DNA of 64,000 nucleotides from Raillietiella orientalis (taxonomy: Eukaryota): assembly GCA_036172245.1 (NCBI GenBank), contig JAYWIR010000001.1, positions 1,550,001 through 1,614,000 on the forward strand. The letters are read 5' to 3'. Made by a program: the position numbers and the translations under genes. Below are positions 35,963 through 50,059 of this stretch, in pieces. The notes under the pieces were generated by a model. That model saw only the letters and a program-made list of their open reading frames with translations. It searched no databases and was not told the origin of the DNA. Positions within the stretch are counted from its first letter, which is position 1, and each line of letters begins with the position of its first letter.

Positions 35963-37835
35963 TATCCATTTTCTCTCTCTCCCCCTCTCCTCGCAAGCGA
36001 ATTGGGAGTTCTCCTGCCTAAGAAGGCAGGCCGCAATCCCAAAGCCGTGATGTCTTGCTTACTGTCCACGGTGGGACGACCAGACCCGTTGGTGCAATCC
36101 CGGAGCTTGGGCATGGAGTCGGGGAGATTTCTTCTTCTCTGCGAGGGTGGTTGCGCACCCGTGAGGTTCCTCGCGCTTACTGTGGTTGCAGTTTCCGTTC
36201 CGAGTGATGCCGCAGCGAAATCTGCTGCTGCTCTTCGAGTGCACCACACAGTTGGATGCCTCGGATAGGCATCGGTCGGATGCCTTGTTATTAAGATCAT
36301 GCGTCAATTTATAGCTTCGTGTTTTTGTTGCTACAGTTATCTGAGTGAAGTCGTGGTTTTTTCTCTCCCTCTCTCTCTCTTTCTTGCTCTCTCTCCTTCA
36401 TCATCATCGTTGGATGCGATTATAAGTCATGCAAAGTGTACACCATATCTTCCTCTGACGTCAGCTGAAGATTCAATTTTTTTTTTACTCCAAGAGCAAA
36501 AATTTACAGCGTGTTTTTCGTGCGAGGTTATCATGAAGGAGCTTAGCCTTGTGCGTCCGTCGACGCTCCCGCAGCCTTACCCACTGGCGTGGATAGTTAG
36601 AATTAGAAGCTTTCTAACACGCACTAATTGGCAACTTTGGAAAAAGTCTCCCCGATCCTTATTCGAATCTGAAATCCCATACTTTCATTCCAAAGGTTTT
36701 TTTTCTTTTTGGGGTTAATGACTCCCCCCCCCCCTTTCCTCCCAGGTTTCCTTAAATTTCTCATCTACGCACGGCGATAGGGGGGGGGGGGGATCAATAT
36801 TTTCGGAGAGCTTGTGTTCAGAATTAGGAAATATTCAATCGAAAGAAGGAAAGAAAAAAGACTTGACACAAAGTGAAAGCACTGAATAATGAAGAAATAA
36901 ATTATTTCAAGAAATCATCCGCAGGATACGAAACGCAGAAACACACGCGCGCGCACGCGCGCGCTGACGCACGCACACGCACACGCGCCGAAATCCGTTT
37001 CGTTCGGAGCAATTTTCAATGAATGGAGAGTTCACGAGCGCACCTTTCGAAGACCGCCGCCGCCGTACACCGCGGAGTCACGCCCGGACCCGTGTGTTCC
37101 CGCGCCGCCGCCGCACCGCGGGTGGAGCCGCGAGCGGTGGCGGTGGTCCCTCCTCGGATGCTGCGAGGACCGACGTTTCCAAGCGTCACCGGATACGCTT
37201 TCCGATGCGCGGGATGAGCGGAGTGAGAGCAAGGAGCCTCGGAGGGCTGCGAGTCGGCTGTGTGACCTGGGTCTGCTGGATCGAAGCGGTCGAAGGAATG
37301 CCAGCAGCAGCCTCTCTCTCTCTCTCTCTCTCTCTCCCCCGTGGGATGGTGGCACTTGGCGGTGAACAATCACGTGGAATGTTTACTCGGCTGGAGTAAT
37401 GGTCATAGTAGTAGAGTAATGGCATCGGCAGCAATTACCGTCCTTTCCGCGGTGTGTGTGTGTGCACTGCGGAGCGCGCAAGCAGCAAACACATAGAAGG
37501 AGAACGACAAACATTCGTGTGCGCGTGTTTTAATGAATTGTCGCACGCTGCTCTCGCCGGGGTTTTGATTTCTGCAATTTCCGGGTGATTGGCGGACCCG
37601 GAAAACAAATTCGGGGGTGAAATCGATCGGCAGAGAGGTACTTTTCAAAAAAGTGCGTTTTCCTTTCCTTTTTTTTTTTTTTTCCCCCTGCCGAAAAAGA
37701 AAGAAAGACGTACTTTCGATTTTCGGAATTTCTCCGGATGGAATTTCGCATCTGAAGGATGCCGAGTTCTGTCAGGGCGTATGCCGTTCTGCGTTTCCAT
37801 GTGAACGAAAATTTTCTCTCGTAATGGCGCGCGAT

Positions 37836-37838
<3 letters not shown>

Positions 37839-37906
<68 letters not shown>
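37839..37906. repeat. (AC)34 microsatellite
   Basis: Directly visible perfect repeat. Confidence 0.97.
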
Positions 37907-37909
<3 letters not shown>

Positions 37910-39198
37910 ACGTGTATTTGGTAATTCCAACGGAAGTTGAATGAACAAGAGGAGAGGAGATGAAAAAAGGGAAGAGCTCGAGTGTGCACTCGGAAAGCAC
38001 CTTTTCCCAAAAGAAGAAGAAGGAAGAAGGAGGGGAGTACAAAAATGAAAAGCGACGAACGATCCGAATCATGCAGATGCTAAATCATTTCATCAGCGTT
38101 TCTTCCGGAGTCGATGATGCCAACAGCAATTTGACTCGCACTCCTTTCAGCAAGATGGATCGCAAAGGATTGTTTTAAGGACAGTTCGTTTTTTGGGAGG
38201 GAAGGCACACACTTACAATAATGGCTGAGGCTTTCTGCGGGACACTTCTCTTTAATAAAAGCCAATCGATAAACCATAATCTGCCTATTGTGTTAATGAT
38301 GCATTCACTTGGCTTTCATCAGCGCTTACATTTCCCCAAAGCAAAATTTATTCCGCAGTTTATCTTTCCGTGATTTAATGGTAACCAAATGTTGTGCAAT
38401 CGCTGCTTAAGACTGATAAATCGCCGGACAGCGGCAATCCCGCGCCTTCTCCGAATGCGTCCATTCAATCATCTTGAAAATTCTTCCTCGCAGCATCTCG
38501 TCAGGACCCGTGCTCGCCTGCGAACATCCTGCTTCCGACCGGCGAGAGAACAAACAGCATCTCGCCGGGCTGACGAATTTATTGTGATTAAAAGACCGTT
38601 GTCAGCATCAATCGGCATTCTGCTCCCAATCACAGTTTGTTTGTCTGTTTTGCTCTCTTGCGGATTCATCGCGGGAGCATCGACGGGTGCACGGAAGAGC
38701 GGGGGGGGGGGGAGATCCGAACCCGGCTGCTGCGCAGTTCCTGTTCCCACTCCCGAACGACGGGATCCACGCTACCTGATTCGGGGGGGGAGTCGGCCGG
38801 CGGCTCGTCCCGCGCTTCGGCAAAAGGCAGGCTGCCTGCGCAGAACTCGGCAGCGTAGCTCCCGGCTGAGGACACGCGGAAGGAAGGAAAGCCTTCGACT
38901 CGTCCACGCCTTCTTCCGCATCGGCCGCCGCCCAGCCCCCCTCCCACAGGAACGCGTGCAATTCACACGTCGAGGAGCGTGGGTGGAAAAGGAGGATCCG
39001 AAAGCTGCGGCAGGGGTAACCCCTTCGCCGAGCTGGACCGGCTGATGGCCGCAACGTGGTCCTCCAGCCCCCCTCCTCCTCCTCCTTTCCGATGTACCCT
39101 TCCGTGTCCTCGGAGTGTTTGAAAATCGTAAACACAGGTCTAACGGAACTCGGCTCTGATGCCCTCCATGTGCAAAACGAGTCTTTCGTCGCCGCCGC

Positions 39199-39237
39199 AA
39201 GAAGAAGAAGAAGAAGAAGAAGGAGAAGAAGAAGAAG
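39199..39237. repeat. (GAA)n microsatellite, interrupted
   Basis: Directly visible. Confidence 0.9.
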
Positions 39238-40599
39238 GGAGGGAGGGAAATGTGCTCGGGTCCGCTCTACTTTACGGCGGAAAAGATAAAATAGAATAAG
39301 GCAAAAAAAGAAGAGAAAAAGGGGGGAGAGAGATAAAAAAGAAGAAAAAAAAAAGCAGAAGAACTTACTGAACTGCTTTTAGAAAAATAATGGACATGTG
39401 CGCAACGTATGACGGATAGGAGACAGAAGTTCCCCCCCCCCCCCTTCCCCCCGTCCGTATACCTTCGAGCATACGTAATGAGTACGAGCCCGCGAGGCAA
39501 ACAACGGTTTTTACGACAATGACTACTCGAAATAGTTTCCATTCCCCGTTTCCATGGAAACCCGCCGAATGTTTTGCACACCGGTATTTGCCATCCGCTC
39601 GAGCTCGACGCGTTTTCTTGCGATGAATGCGCTCGGATTCGATTGCCCAAAAACAAAACAAAAAGGAGAGGAGGAAGGAAAAAAGGAAAGAAAGGGAACC
39701 TTTGTGGCGGGTCGCACATGCGGGAGCGAGCGAAGGGGGGAGCTCCCGCGCTGGAAATTTACGGGCCATCCAAAACCCGTGGAAAAAAAAAGGAAGGGAA
39801 AAGAAAAAAAAGAAACAACCGGGCGGGAACTTCCCGGCGCGAGCGCAGCGAGCGGTTTCCACGGTGATTGGACGCTGTCGCGTCTCTCGCGCGCGCGCGT
39901 CGGTGCGCGCTTCGGAAGCGCTTCCTGCGCGGAGAGCGAGAGGGGGAGGACGCCCGGCGATCCCGCGTCCCTCCAGCCCTCCCACGCCCGAGGACAGTTG
40001 ACCTGGAGCTCCCGGGAAGCCACACGGGGGAGTTCCGTGCGCTCGTGAGGACCGGGCAAGGTGTGGGGCGCCGTCCCAAGCCACGCAGGAGGAATGGGGC
40101 AGGCGGGAAAGAGGGGACAAGGCGTGTCCGTCCAGGGCAGCTGCCCCACCACTGCCTCGTCCTCTCCTGGGAGGCGGGGAATGCTGAGCGGCCTCTCGCG
40201 GGGGGCGAGTTGAGTCTACCGCGGCCCCGCCCTACAGGGGAGTGCAGAGGGTCGCATCGCCCGGGAGAGACGGGACGATTAGAATCGCCGCCGCCGCTCT
40301 TCCCGGCGGCGCGAACTTCGCTCGAGCGCTTAAGGGAGGAAGAGGAAGGGAAGACGAGAAGAAGGAAGAGAAGTGGAGGAGGTGGAAGAAGAAGAAAGGA
40401 ATAAGAGGAGGAAATGGGGAGGAGAAGGAGGGCCTCTGCTTCGCTCATCGCTGTCCCCAAGGTCCCGTCCAGACGGGAACTCCCACCGAACGCGGTCACT
40501 CCCAGGTGGGGAGCCGACCCTCTCCGAGAACTGTCCAAGGAGGGGAAATGTTCCCTCAGTTAGATGAAGCAGGTGCCGTGCCGCCGTTTCCGGGAAACC

Positions 40600-43500
40600 A
40601 TGGTGGCACGTGGCGGATGGAAGTAGAAGTAGGAGGGGATGGATGGCCGCTGTGGATGAGACGCACGAAGGAGGTCACGGGTGCACGCTTAGTTTCACGC
40701 GAGAAGGGTTGTTGGGCGCCATCCGTGCCTGCGCCACTCCGCCCGCGCGGCGGATTCCTACATCGGCCACGTGAGGGCACGCGCGCACGCTCGAGGAGCG
40801 GCAGGTCGATCGGTCGGCGGCGGCGAAAGTTCGCCAAGGGCGGAGTTCCGGAACACCCTCTGCCAGACACCTCGTGACCTGTGCTGGGCGCGCATTCGAC
40901 TGGACATTCCCAGAGGGAGTCTCAGAGCCTCGGCATTCGTGTCGCTTCGGAGTTGTCCACGAGGACCACACCACAGCCACAACGACGAACGATATGAAGG
41001 CGAAGGTGGTGCCAAAAATGCCTCCTCCCACGAGGACGACCGACGCTCCAGCAAGTTCGCTGCGTCCTTTCTGGACAAACCGGTGGTTGGCCGCCTCCCG
41101 TCAGGAGCTCTGTCTTCTGGTGACGACGCCATGCCAACCGCAACAACCCCTCCCGTACCATGCCGCTTTCTCGTCCAGTCATGCTCATGCTGAAAGTCTC
41201 ACGAAGACCGCGGGATCGCAGGAATTCTTCTCCATGACGTTTACTGGCATCTCTGCCGCTGGACCGGAGGAATCCACCTGCGCGCCAAAGAGAAAAGCCT
41301 CCTGCGTGCAGGAAGACGCACGCAGTACTCGAGGGCGGAGCTTGGACGCCTCTTCGAGGTGGGGGATCTGAGCCCCACCGTCGTGCACCCTGGCAGGACA
41401 AGCCGTGGTGCGTGGTGGTGGGCAGAATGTTCTCGAGTTTCGCGTGAAGGCGGGCTCTTCGATTCAGGCTCTATGCGGAACCGGCGCAGCAGCGTTCGGC
41501 AGGGTCGCGCGCCGCTCCTAGCACCGCCTGGGGGAAAGGCCACAGGGGCTTTGCCGGAAAGGTGCGGGGCTGTCGGTTGAATCCATGCGGACAGCCCCGA
41601 AATCCCTGTACGCGAGGGAAGAGTGGAAGGAACCCTCTGGTCTTCAGCCCTGAGATCCTTGGCCTGCAGAACGAAAGATCGACCCTGGGGTCAAGGAAAC
41701 ACGAAAAGCGGCGATCCTCTTCTCTTGCCAAGCCGAACGCTGTGCTGCTAGTGCTGGAGCTTGCAAAGAGTCTCTCACGAAGAGCTCCGCAGATTTCGAG
41801 GAACCAGAAACCCTCACCAGGGTCCGAAGAACGAGCGCAGTCAAGTCAGCAACAAAGAATCAGTTTCCTCTTCGATAACGCGGGGCGTCACTTCAACTCG
41901 AGAAGAAGGAAGGAAGAAGGGGGAGGAGGAAGAGAAAGAGGGAAGGTGGAAAAGAAAAAGAGGAGACGGAAGGACGAGGAGGAAGGGAAGAGGAGAAGGA
42001 ACGAAGGAGAAAGAGAAGGAGTGGAGGAAAGACGAAGAAGAGGAGGAAGGAGGAGCGGGGCCTCTGCTTCTCTCATCCCGAGGTGGTGGTGGTCCTCTTT
42101 TCTTCTACTGCTAAGGCGAACTCTGTGCTGCTATCCTGTTGCGCGAAAAGAATTCTCCTGAGGGCATCGGGTCTCCTTCGCCAGTCCCACTGATGCGCAA
42201 GACGCATTAGCAGCTTCGGAGTTTGCAAGAGTTCCTCACAAAGAGCTCCGCAAATTTCGAGGAACAAGAAACCATTACCGGAGTCCAAAGAACAAGCGCA
42301 ATAAGTTAGCAACAAAGAATTAGTTTCCTCGAAGATAATGCGAGGCGTCACTTCAGCTGGATGGCGGAACAGGATAGCACATCTGGGGAGCAGCAAAGTT
42401 TATGCGGACGCTCGGGGCTTCTCTTCTTATGGAGTTACGAAGTTATTTTGCAGAAATGCTGATCGGATTTAGAAGGTGCTTAATGGGATAGGAAGGGCGG
42501 AAAGGTTGAGGAGACGTCCCACGGACTGATAGGTTGAGATAACTATCAAGAAAGATTAAAAAAAAAAGGATTCCAGGGATGAGAATAGAAAATGATAGTG
42601 CCGGCGTAATGGAACTTTGGGAAGTATCAGGAGATGTTTCCAGAACGGGATGCTTTCGTTCAGAGGATTCTCATTAACCGGGAACGGAACCGGGAAAGCA
42701 AAAGGCCGTGATGCGAGTTCAAAGGAAACGAAGTTTGGCGGTCTCCTAAGAGCCCTGCTGCCCCCGGGGGAAAGGCCAAAGCCTTTCCCCCTTCTCGCCC
42801 GTGTTTCTTCGAGCTCTGTGGCGACCATTTGCAACCTTGAGGAGGGCACCTGGAAGAAGGTTGTTCAGGTGTGGCGCAGAGCATGCGATGCGTGTTTGGA
42901 GCTTCCTCGCCTGCTATCTTCTCCAAGGTCGCGGCTGAACCAAGACGTCCTGGCCATCGGAGATCCTCCCGCGTTTTCTGGGGGTGTGAAAGAAGCCCCA
43001 GGTTGTTTTTCCGGGAAACCTCGATGGCAGCCAGCTGCGTGTGCTTTGGTCCCTTCCCGTGCCGTTGCCGCTCGTTCTCGCAGGCTCAGGCGACATCGGG
43101 AGTAATGACTCGGCTCTCGTTTTGAGGCAACGGCTCCGGCTGGGATGCCGAGTGGCTCGGTTCGTCCGCGGGCACCAGCACCCACCTTGGTCCGTGCATA
43201 AGCGGAAGGAATGGGGCTACCACGAAGGGTCGCAGGCGAAGGCGAGAGGGACAAAGATAGTCGTCTCTTCGGCGGCCTGCGGACGGCAGTCCCGACCACG
43301 GCCTGCTGGCTTCGAGGAGCCACCTCACTGCGTCGGAAATGTCCGTCTTCGTCGACCAGTGGATCCGGGAGGGCGTATTCACGAGTTATCCCTCCCTTCG
43401 ACCCGGCAGCAGAAGGAAGGACGGGGCAAAAAGGAATGGGGAAGAAGGGAAAACGAGAAGGAAGGAAGGGAAGGTGCGTCTTTGCCGGCTGTGAGGACCC

Positions 43501-44400
43501 GAAATCCTCCACCCGCCCGTCTTTCGCGCTAGAAGAACTGTTCCTTGAGGATAAGATGGTCTCCGAGTTTGCGCGCTTCCCTCGAAGAGGTCCGCTGCGT
43601 TTCCCAACGCGCGCTTCCAGCTTTCCGAACGCGGAGCAGATGCAGTTTCGGGAAGGGGACCGGTGCATTATTCTGTAGTTCGCAGCGCCATCGGAAGAGG
43701 ATGGCAAACAACAGCTCTTCATCGGGGCTGTCGCGTGACTCGTACGGAACAGGGTCACGACCTCACTTCCAGATCCTCGTAGTCTCTCGTGTGCCTGCGG
43801 TCATTCGGCGTGCCAGGAAAGTTTCAGGCTCCTCTTTGAGTCGGGCCTAAAGCGTCCGTATTTGCCGCCTAGCCGCCCATTATTCTACCATTGGAGCTGG
43901 CTTGAACGCGGAGCCATCGCTCATGATGGCACGTGGAAAAAGGCACAGTCCTGCTCGTGAAGATTCCTCTCTGCCATCCGGAAGGAAGATGGACCCTTTG
44001 TTTTAGCGTCCCTATTGGCTGTTAGCGACCCGTTGTCCTACCGTTCGAGCTTGCGTGAACGTGGAGCCATCGCTCGTGATGGCGCGTGATGGAAACGCAG
44101 TCCTGCGCGTGTAAATTCCTCTCCCCCGTCCGGAAGGAATTCCAATATAAGTCGCAGGAAAAGGCGGGAAGGAACATTCGCAAGTGATGCGTAAACAGCC
44201 CGGAGTATGCGATGCCACTGTGCTGCAGGAGCCGTGGAAGATCGCTTCCGAGAAGGGAGACAGCGAGGAGGCGCCGCGGAAGCTGTCCGTCCCGAGATGA
44301 AACCTCCCCCCCGCTCCTGAGCCCTTGGCATCTCGGCACGCACCGGGACACGGCTGCCGAGCTGCTTCCCGCTTTTCCTGTTTCCCGACGATCTCTCGAT
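40600..44400 (-). mobile_element. Decayed L1/Tx1-type LINE ORF2 (EN, linker, RT) with internal duplications
   Basis: In minus-strand order: GAGGRFH (like GGDFN), FLPDGGEEFTR..SR (EN), LVDEDGHF (linker), TRGFLPLFPRVQG..NRQPRT, QEAF..QVD, HGEEFLR, ETFSM..GMVREG and HQKTELL (RT). Confidence 0.5.
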
Positions 44401-46503
44401 GCAAATGATGTCGTTCTTAAGAGAATTGGAAACCGAATCTTTCCATTCGGTTTGATGAAGAGGGATGCAATGCGGAAGAATTGGGGACATTTGTCATCGA
44501 ACAATCCTTTGCTCCTGCATCTGCTGATTGATCGTCCATTTTTTCAAAATGGATTCGCGTTCCTGATGAGGGATCACTCCCAGCGATTTTTCTTCGCTGG
44601 CATCTCATTAACAAACCACGTGAGACGAAGAAGACGAAGAAGGGAATAAGAATAGAGTGAGGCGAAAGGAACAGTCCATCGGATGGTCCGAATCTGGGCT
44701 TCCTCCAGCACTCACGTGCGTGTCACGCATGTGATCCCGCCGTACAGCGGAAGCGGAGGTCGCGCTGTTCTCCGCCACAGTGGCTTGTCGTTGGATTCCC
44801 CTTTTCGGTCTGCGATTCTCCTGCCAAACGTTGCCACGGAGATGGGCATACCACGTTTGTGCTCCGCAGCTAATTGTGAACGCTGTGATTAGGGTAAAAA
44901 ATGAACGAAGAAAAGCGATTCTGCGGAGACTTCTCCTCTCGCCTCCTCCTCGACCTCACCACCCCGCGCTCTCTCCGTCCAGAACTCAATTTTCGTCTGT
45001 CTTGGGGGCAAAATCCTCCCCAAGTTAAATTAATCCCCGATGTCGCAACCATGAACTTTTGCGGGGGAGGGGGAGAGGGCAGCGACCTCTCCGCGTCGGT
45101 GAGGTGAGCGACCTGCCGCGCGGCGCTGATCGCCCTCGCCGACTTGACATTTCGCACGCGCGCGTTCCGCGGACGTCATCGCGGGGGATGCAGCGGCGAC
45201 GCCCGTGTTCACGCACTCCGGTCGTGGCTTGAGCGTGGTCGGCAGAAGCCACTCGTTCCACATTCCTTCGCAATCTGCATTATCAGCTGGATTTTTCGAG
45301 CAAACGTGTCGCGCGCGCGTGGCACACCTGGATCTTTTTTGAAAGACCCACCTCCGGCCTCCTCCTTCCCCTGCACGTAGGGTTTCGCTCGCTGCTTTCT
45401 GCCCGCGCGAAGCAGATGCGGGAACTCGGATCAGGAAGGGGGGGAATCGTGGGCCCTTCTCAGCATCCGCATGGACAGTGCTGCGTCTTATCCCCAGCAC
45501 ACGAAGAAGAGTCCTCACATGCCGCCGATCGCCAACCGAACGCCCCCGCCGCCGCCAGGTAACGGCCGCACCTCGACCGGAACCCTCTGGTCGCGCGTCT
45601 GCGTGGTAGGGAAGGTCCAGGACGCCGGGACCGAAAAGCGTTCGAGCGGTGGATTTCAAGTTGGGAGGCGGCCGCCTTTCCAGAGGAGGGGAACTTCCGC
45701 ACGCCGTTTCCTCATCCCTGGCTTCCTCCGCGCGTTGTTTGCTTAACAAGCGCTCGCAGCATTCCAATCACAATGACGTCAGACGTCCATGAGCAATCTA
45801 CAACGCTATCCTGGAGATGGGGCTTATAGTGAGCTCCGAATCCTCTGTGGTGGAAACGTAGTTCTGCTCGTGGAGATCGCTCTTGCAGTCCAGAAGGGAG
45901 ATGGACTCTTCGTTCCCGAGTTTCTTCCTCCTCCTCGCACCTTTTCCATTACCCGAAGTCGTATTCAATGCGTTCGAGACGGGGATTGTACATACCGCTT
46001 TACCGAAGGTCCAGATATTCTTTCCCGGACGGCGGATGCCCTCTTGGGCTCTTTGGCTCCGTCGAGGGACGGGTGTCTTCTGGTGGTAGGAGAGACCGCG
46101 TGGTTGTTCCAATCGGCGATGTTCTTCGAATGAAGGAATCTTCTGGAACGATTCGTTCCTGCCTGCTCTCTCATTCCGGGTCTGGTCCGCGTTCCGGAGG
46201 CGCTGGATTGAGGGTTGCCGGAGGAAAGTACGATATCGTCTAGGAGGGTAAGTGGGCGGGTAGGACCGTTCCTTCTAATTTTCTGCGACTTTTCCCCTCT
46301 CCTCTACTGAATCCTCTAGGCAAGACGCGCACCTGGTGAAAATTTCTTAGGACGCGAGCTCGTTCCCGAATGGTCCAGGAGTTCTCCGACGGAAGCGAGC
46401 AGCCTTTTTCTTGTGTGCGCGAAGATGAAGCGTTTGGGGACCTCACGCCTCGTACACTTTTTCTTTCTTTCTTTTTTTTTGGGCGGGGGGGAGGGCAGCG
46501 ATG

Positions 46504-46508
46504 GTGTG

Positions 46509-46539
<31 letters not shown>

Positions 46540-46559
46540 TGTGTGTGTGTGTGTGTGTG
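46504..46559. repeat. (GT)n microsatellite, interrupted
   Basis: Directly visible. Confidence 0.95.
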
Positions 46560-49498
46560 GGAACATGGCGCTGGGAGTCATGTGCTGAGAAATATTTGAA
46601 CTTCCGCCAGGTTACGTGCTCGAGGCTTCGGTGATTAAGAGTGGAGAGGCGCTTTTGAGGAAATATGTAGCCGTGCAATGCAGTTCAGCTGAAGGGAGAG
46701 AGCGAGAGAGAGCGAAAAAAGGAAAAAAAAAATTCCTCGGAGAACATTTTTTTTTTTTTTTTATTTCTGGTGGGCTAAAATAGGCGGGCAGAAAGCCTCG
46801 TGTCCTCCCAATTATTTTGCTCAAATCATGCGGAGAACACGGCGATTTTCGCGACCGACTGAGACCGCGCGCTCCGGACGCATCTGCGGAGGGGCATCGC
46901 AGCGGATGGGTGAGGAGGGGGGGGGCTTTTCTGTCCGGGCACACGCTCGAGGTGGACGCCGCGAAGCACGCTCTCGCATGCTTCGCGGCGCACGCGATGA
47001 CATGCAGAGGGAGCGTCTTTGCCTGTCGTGGCTCGAACCGCCTCGGGGACTGCGAAGGCCGGGAGCGAACGGCAGCGGGCCGTCTTCGTCGGTTGCCAGA
47101 GAGAGCGCTTAAGAAGCGCCTGCCCCCGAATTTCAGCAGCAGGAAGAGGGTGCCGGGAGGCTGGGGGGTGCGGCCATCCTCCGGAACACCGCGGGGAAGA
47201 GGAACCGACGCTGCCCGAGCGAGGCGGTGCTCACCCCGCGCCGCGGAAAGGTTACCGCCGCGGAATCCGCATGCTCCCTGCCAAGCGTGGAGGTAGCCCG
47301 GGGGGTGCTGATGAAGACTATGAAATCCGGGTTATCCGATAACCGTCTTCGCGATCCCATCTGCTGCGGACAGCAGGAGCTTCGCGAGCGCGCGCAAGAG
47401 GGGAAAGGGGAGGCTGTGGACCAGTTTGCGGCCGGAGGGTCCCGCAGGAGGTTTTTTTTTTTTTACCAGGTGTGTGAGCGCGCACTCCTCCCCTGGAGTA
47501 CGGAATCCCCGCTGACGGTTTCGGAGGCAAAGATTTCGTTTCCAAGATAAGAAGCTGCGATTTCTTTTCAGCTCCGTCTCTTCGTGCGTGCGTTGCCGTT
47601 CTCGAGTGGAACACCCAGTTGCATCACACACGTTCACAGTGGATGCCGCGTTCCCACGCGCGAGGGAGGCATGGGGTCTTTTCAGCTCCCTCCCGCCCCC
47701 TTGGAGAAACCAGGGGGTCTTGCTGCCGACCCTGTCCCTCGCGTTTCGGCTTCGGCTAGGACATCGTGCCCTTGCTTTCCGAATGCACGATCTTTCCAGG
47801 AAACACCTCTGCTGATGAGAAGGTCTTTCTTTGGAGGAGGAGGAGGTTATGAATTCTTTTTTCTCTCTTTCTTCCCTTCTTCTCGCTTTCCTCGAGAAGC
47901 TCGGCGGACGTGCACGCTCACCGATGTGATTCAATGCGTGAGATTCTTGGATCGATGTGGAGTCAATCCCGAAGCCTTGAGAGCGATTTACGACAGCGGC
48001 GGTCGCAAGGAGAGCAGCGAACAAGAAGTCGTCCTGCTTCCAGCGTGTTGCGTCGAACAAAGGAAGGACGGAGAAAGGGAAAAGGAGTCCGAGCCCGGCT
48101 TCGCGAGATGCTGCCCCTCACGAGGCGCCGAGAATAATCTTTCTAAAAATCTTTCAAGATGGAGTTCTCCCGAAGAGCATGGAACCAAGGCGCGCGTGCT
48201 GGGCGAAAGGGGACGGGAGATGCCGGAAGCCGATCGCCCCGGATGGCCCTTCCACTTCATCGGAGGACCGGACGCGCTCTTCTGAGGGGCACCGGAGCGT
48301 CAGTCGGTCGTTTCCATCACCTCCGAGGTGAGGGGACGAGATGTCTTCCGGGAGCAGCACGCGCTCGGACGTCGGCGGTCTCGCCCACGCCGCGCAGTAC
48401 GGATGCACCTGGAGCCGTCTCTCTGTTCGACGGGCCTTCCCTGTGAGCGCTCCTCAAAGCAGGCCAAGCGGTCTTCCTCCGACCGTTTCGACGAGGTCCA
48501 GGCCTATTCGGGAGAGGCGGATCGGACGAAGGCGATGCCTTTTTCAATAATGCTTCCCCGAGCAGCAGTCATGCGACGATGCGCCGGACCCCTGGAAAAA
48601 GTCCTTCTCGAAGCTCCACTTGATATCTTCCGCGACCCTTAATGTCTTTCATAACCGAGGAAGAAGACTGTGCTGCTGCTGAATTGGGTTTTTGCAGCAA
48701 CGAGGAACGCAGGATTTCTTATTCGCGCGGAGGAGCGAATACGCCCCGTTGGTTACGGCCGGTCGTCCGTGGGGGTTCTCTGCAAAGGTCTCTTCCCCAG
48801 ATCACAATTCCAGGTTCAGGAAAAGATGTCGGGGGAGGGAGGGAGAAGAAGGAGGAGGAGGAGGAGAAGGAGGAGGAGGAGGAGGAGGGGAAAAAAAAAA
48901 AAAAAACCCAGAAAGCAAGGATACCACTTAGTATTGATGGCGAAAGGATCCGAAATATTTTAGAATGCAAACGCATGAGAGGGCGCAGCAGGCCGATATT
49001 CGCGAGATAAGATAAAAGTCGCAGTCGCTGCGCTGCCTGGCTGGAGCAGTATCAGATGCCTGCGCGGATTCATTCGTACCCTACGAGCTCGCGAAACTTC
49101 ACTCGATGCGCTGCACTCGTTCATCCCGACCAGATAAGTTGATGCCCGAAGACGTATCACGCGACCGATACCATCGTCACCCATGCATCCGCAATATCAA
49201 CAGGGCACGCGGGGGCAGGAGGGAAAAAAAAATTCCGACGCCCTTGCCTGGAGACGCTCGCGGTCGCCAGGCAGCGCCGTCGTCGCCTTGCCACCGCGAT
49301 GAGCCAGCAGCCTCTCTTTTCCGATTTGCTGCCGAGGAAATCGCAGATCGCCATGGCGACGGAAAGCCGCCGCCGACAATGCTCGCGCCTGGGAAGGGAG
49401 AAATCGGTGACGCACGTCGGAGCGGTCTCGCCTGCGCGTCTCAACGTGTGCAGCAAAGAGCGGTTGAATTCGCGAAAATATTTCAAAGAGGCAGGAAG

Positions 49499-49501
<3 letters not shown>

Positions 49502-49534
<33 letters not shown>
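49502..49534. repeat. (AG)n microsatellite
   Basis: Directly visible. Confidence 0.95.
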
Positions 49535-49536
<2 letters not shown>

Positions 49537-50059
49537 CCTCCAAGTCAAAAGATTAATGACAGCAAGACTTGTGCAGCCGAATAATTTAGAAAGTACACCA
49601 CACACACGCACACGCGCGCGCGCGCCATGAAAAAAAAAAAAAAAAAAAGAAAAGAAAAAAAAAGAAAAGAAAAAAAAAAAAAGAGGTGAATCTTTGGAAG
49701 CATCCTTGGAGCCTTCTTGCTTCGAATATTTTAAGGAAGAGTCCTGACGAGCGGGCTCAGTTCCCTGTCACAAAAATCTGAGTCGGATGGAATGCTTCCC
49801 AGCCTTTCGGAAAATAGGGCAACGAAGCTGCGCTCGAATTATTTAAATGATGTGCGATAATAGCTGCAGGCCTCGTGACACTCGGAAACGGAGGAAGGGG
49901 GAGGATGGGTGGCGCTCTGGCGGGCGGGAGCTGCCGCCCGCCTCGCGGAGGAAGAGAGAGAGGTCCGTGCGACTTCGGCGCGACTGTTTCTGTGGCCATA
50001 GGCCAGACGTGGCCTGGCAGGCGCGAGGATCAAGGTCTGCTTCCTGCATCCGAATCCCG

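Noticed and set aside
47900-48500. Possible LINE ORF1 N-terminal remnant (FLDRCGVNPEALRAIYD)
   Set aside because: The similarity is too vague, with no zinc knuckle recovered.
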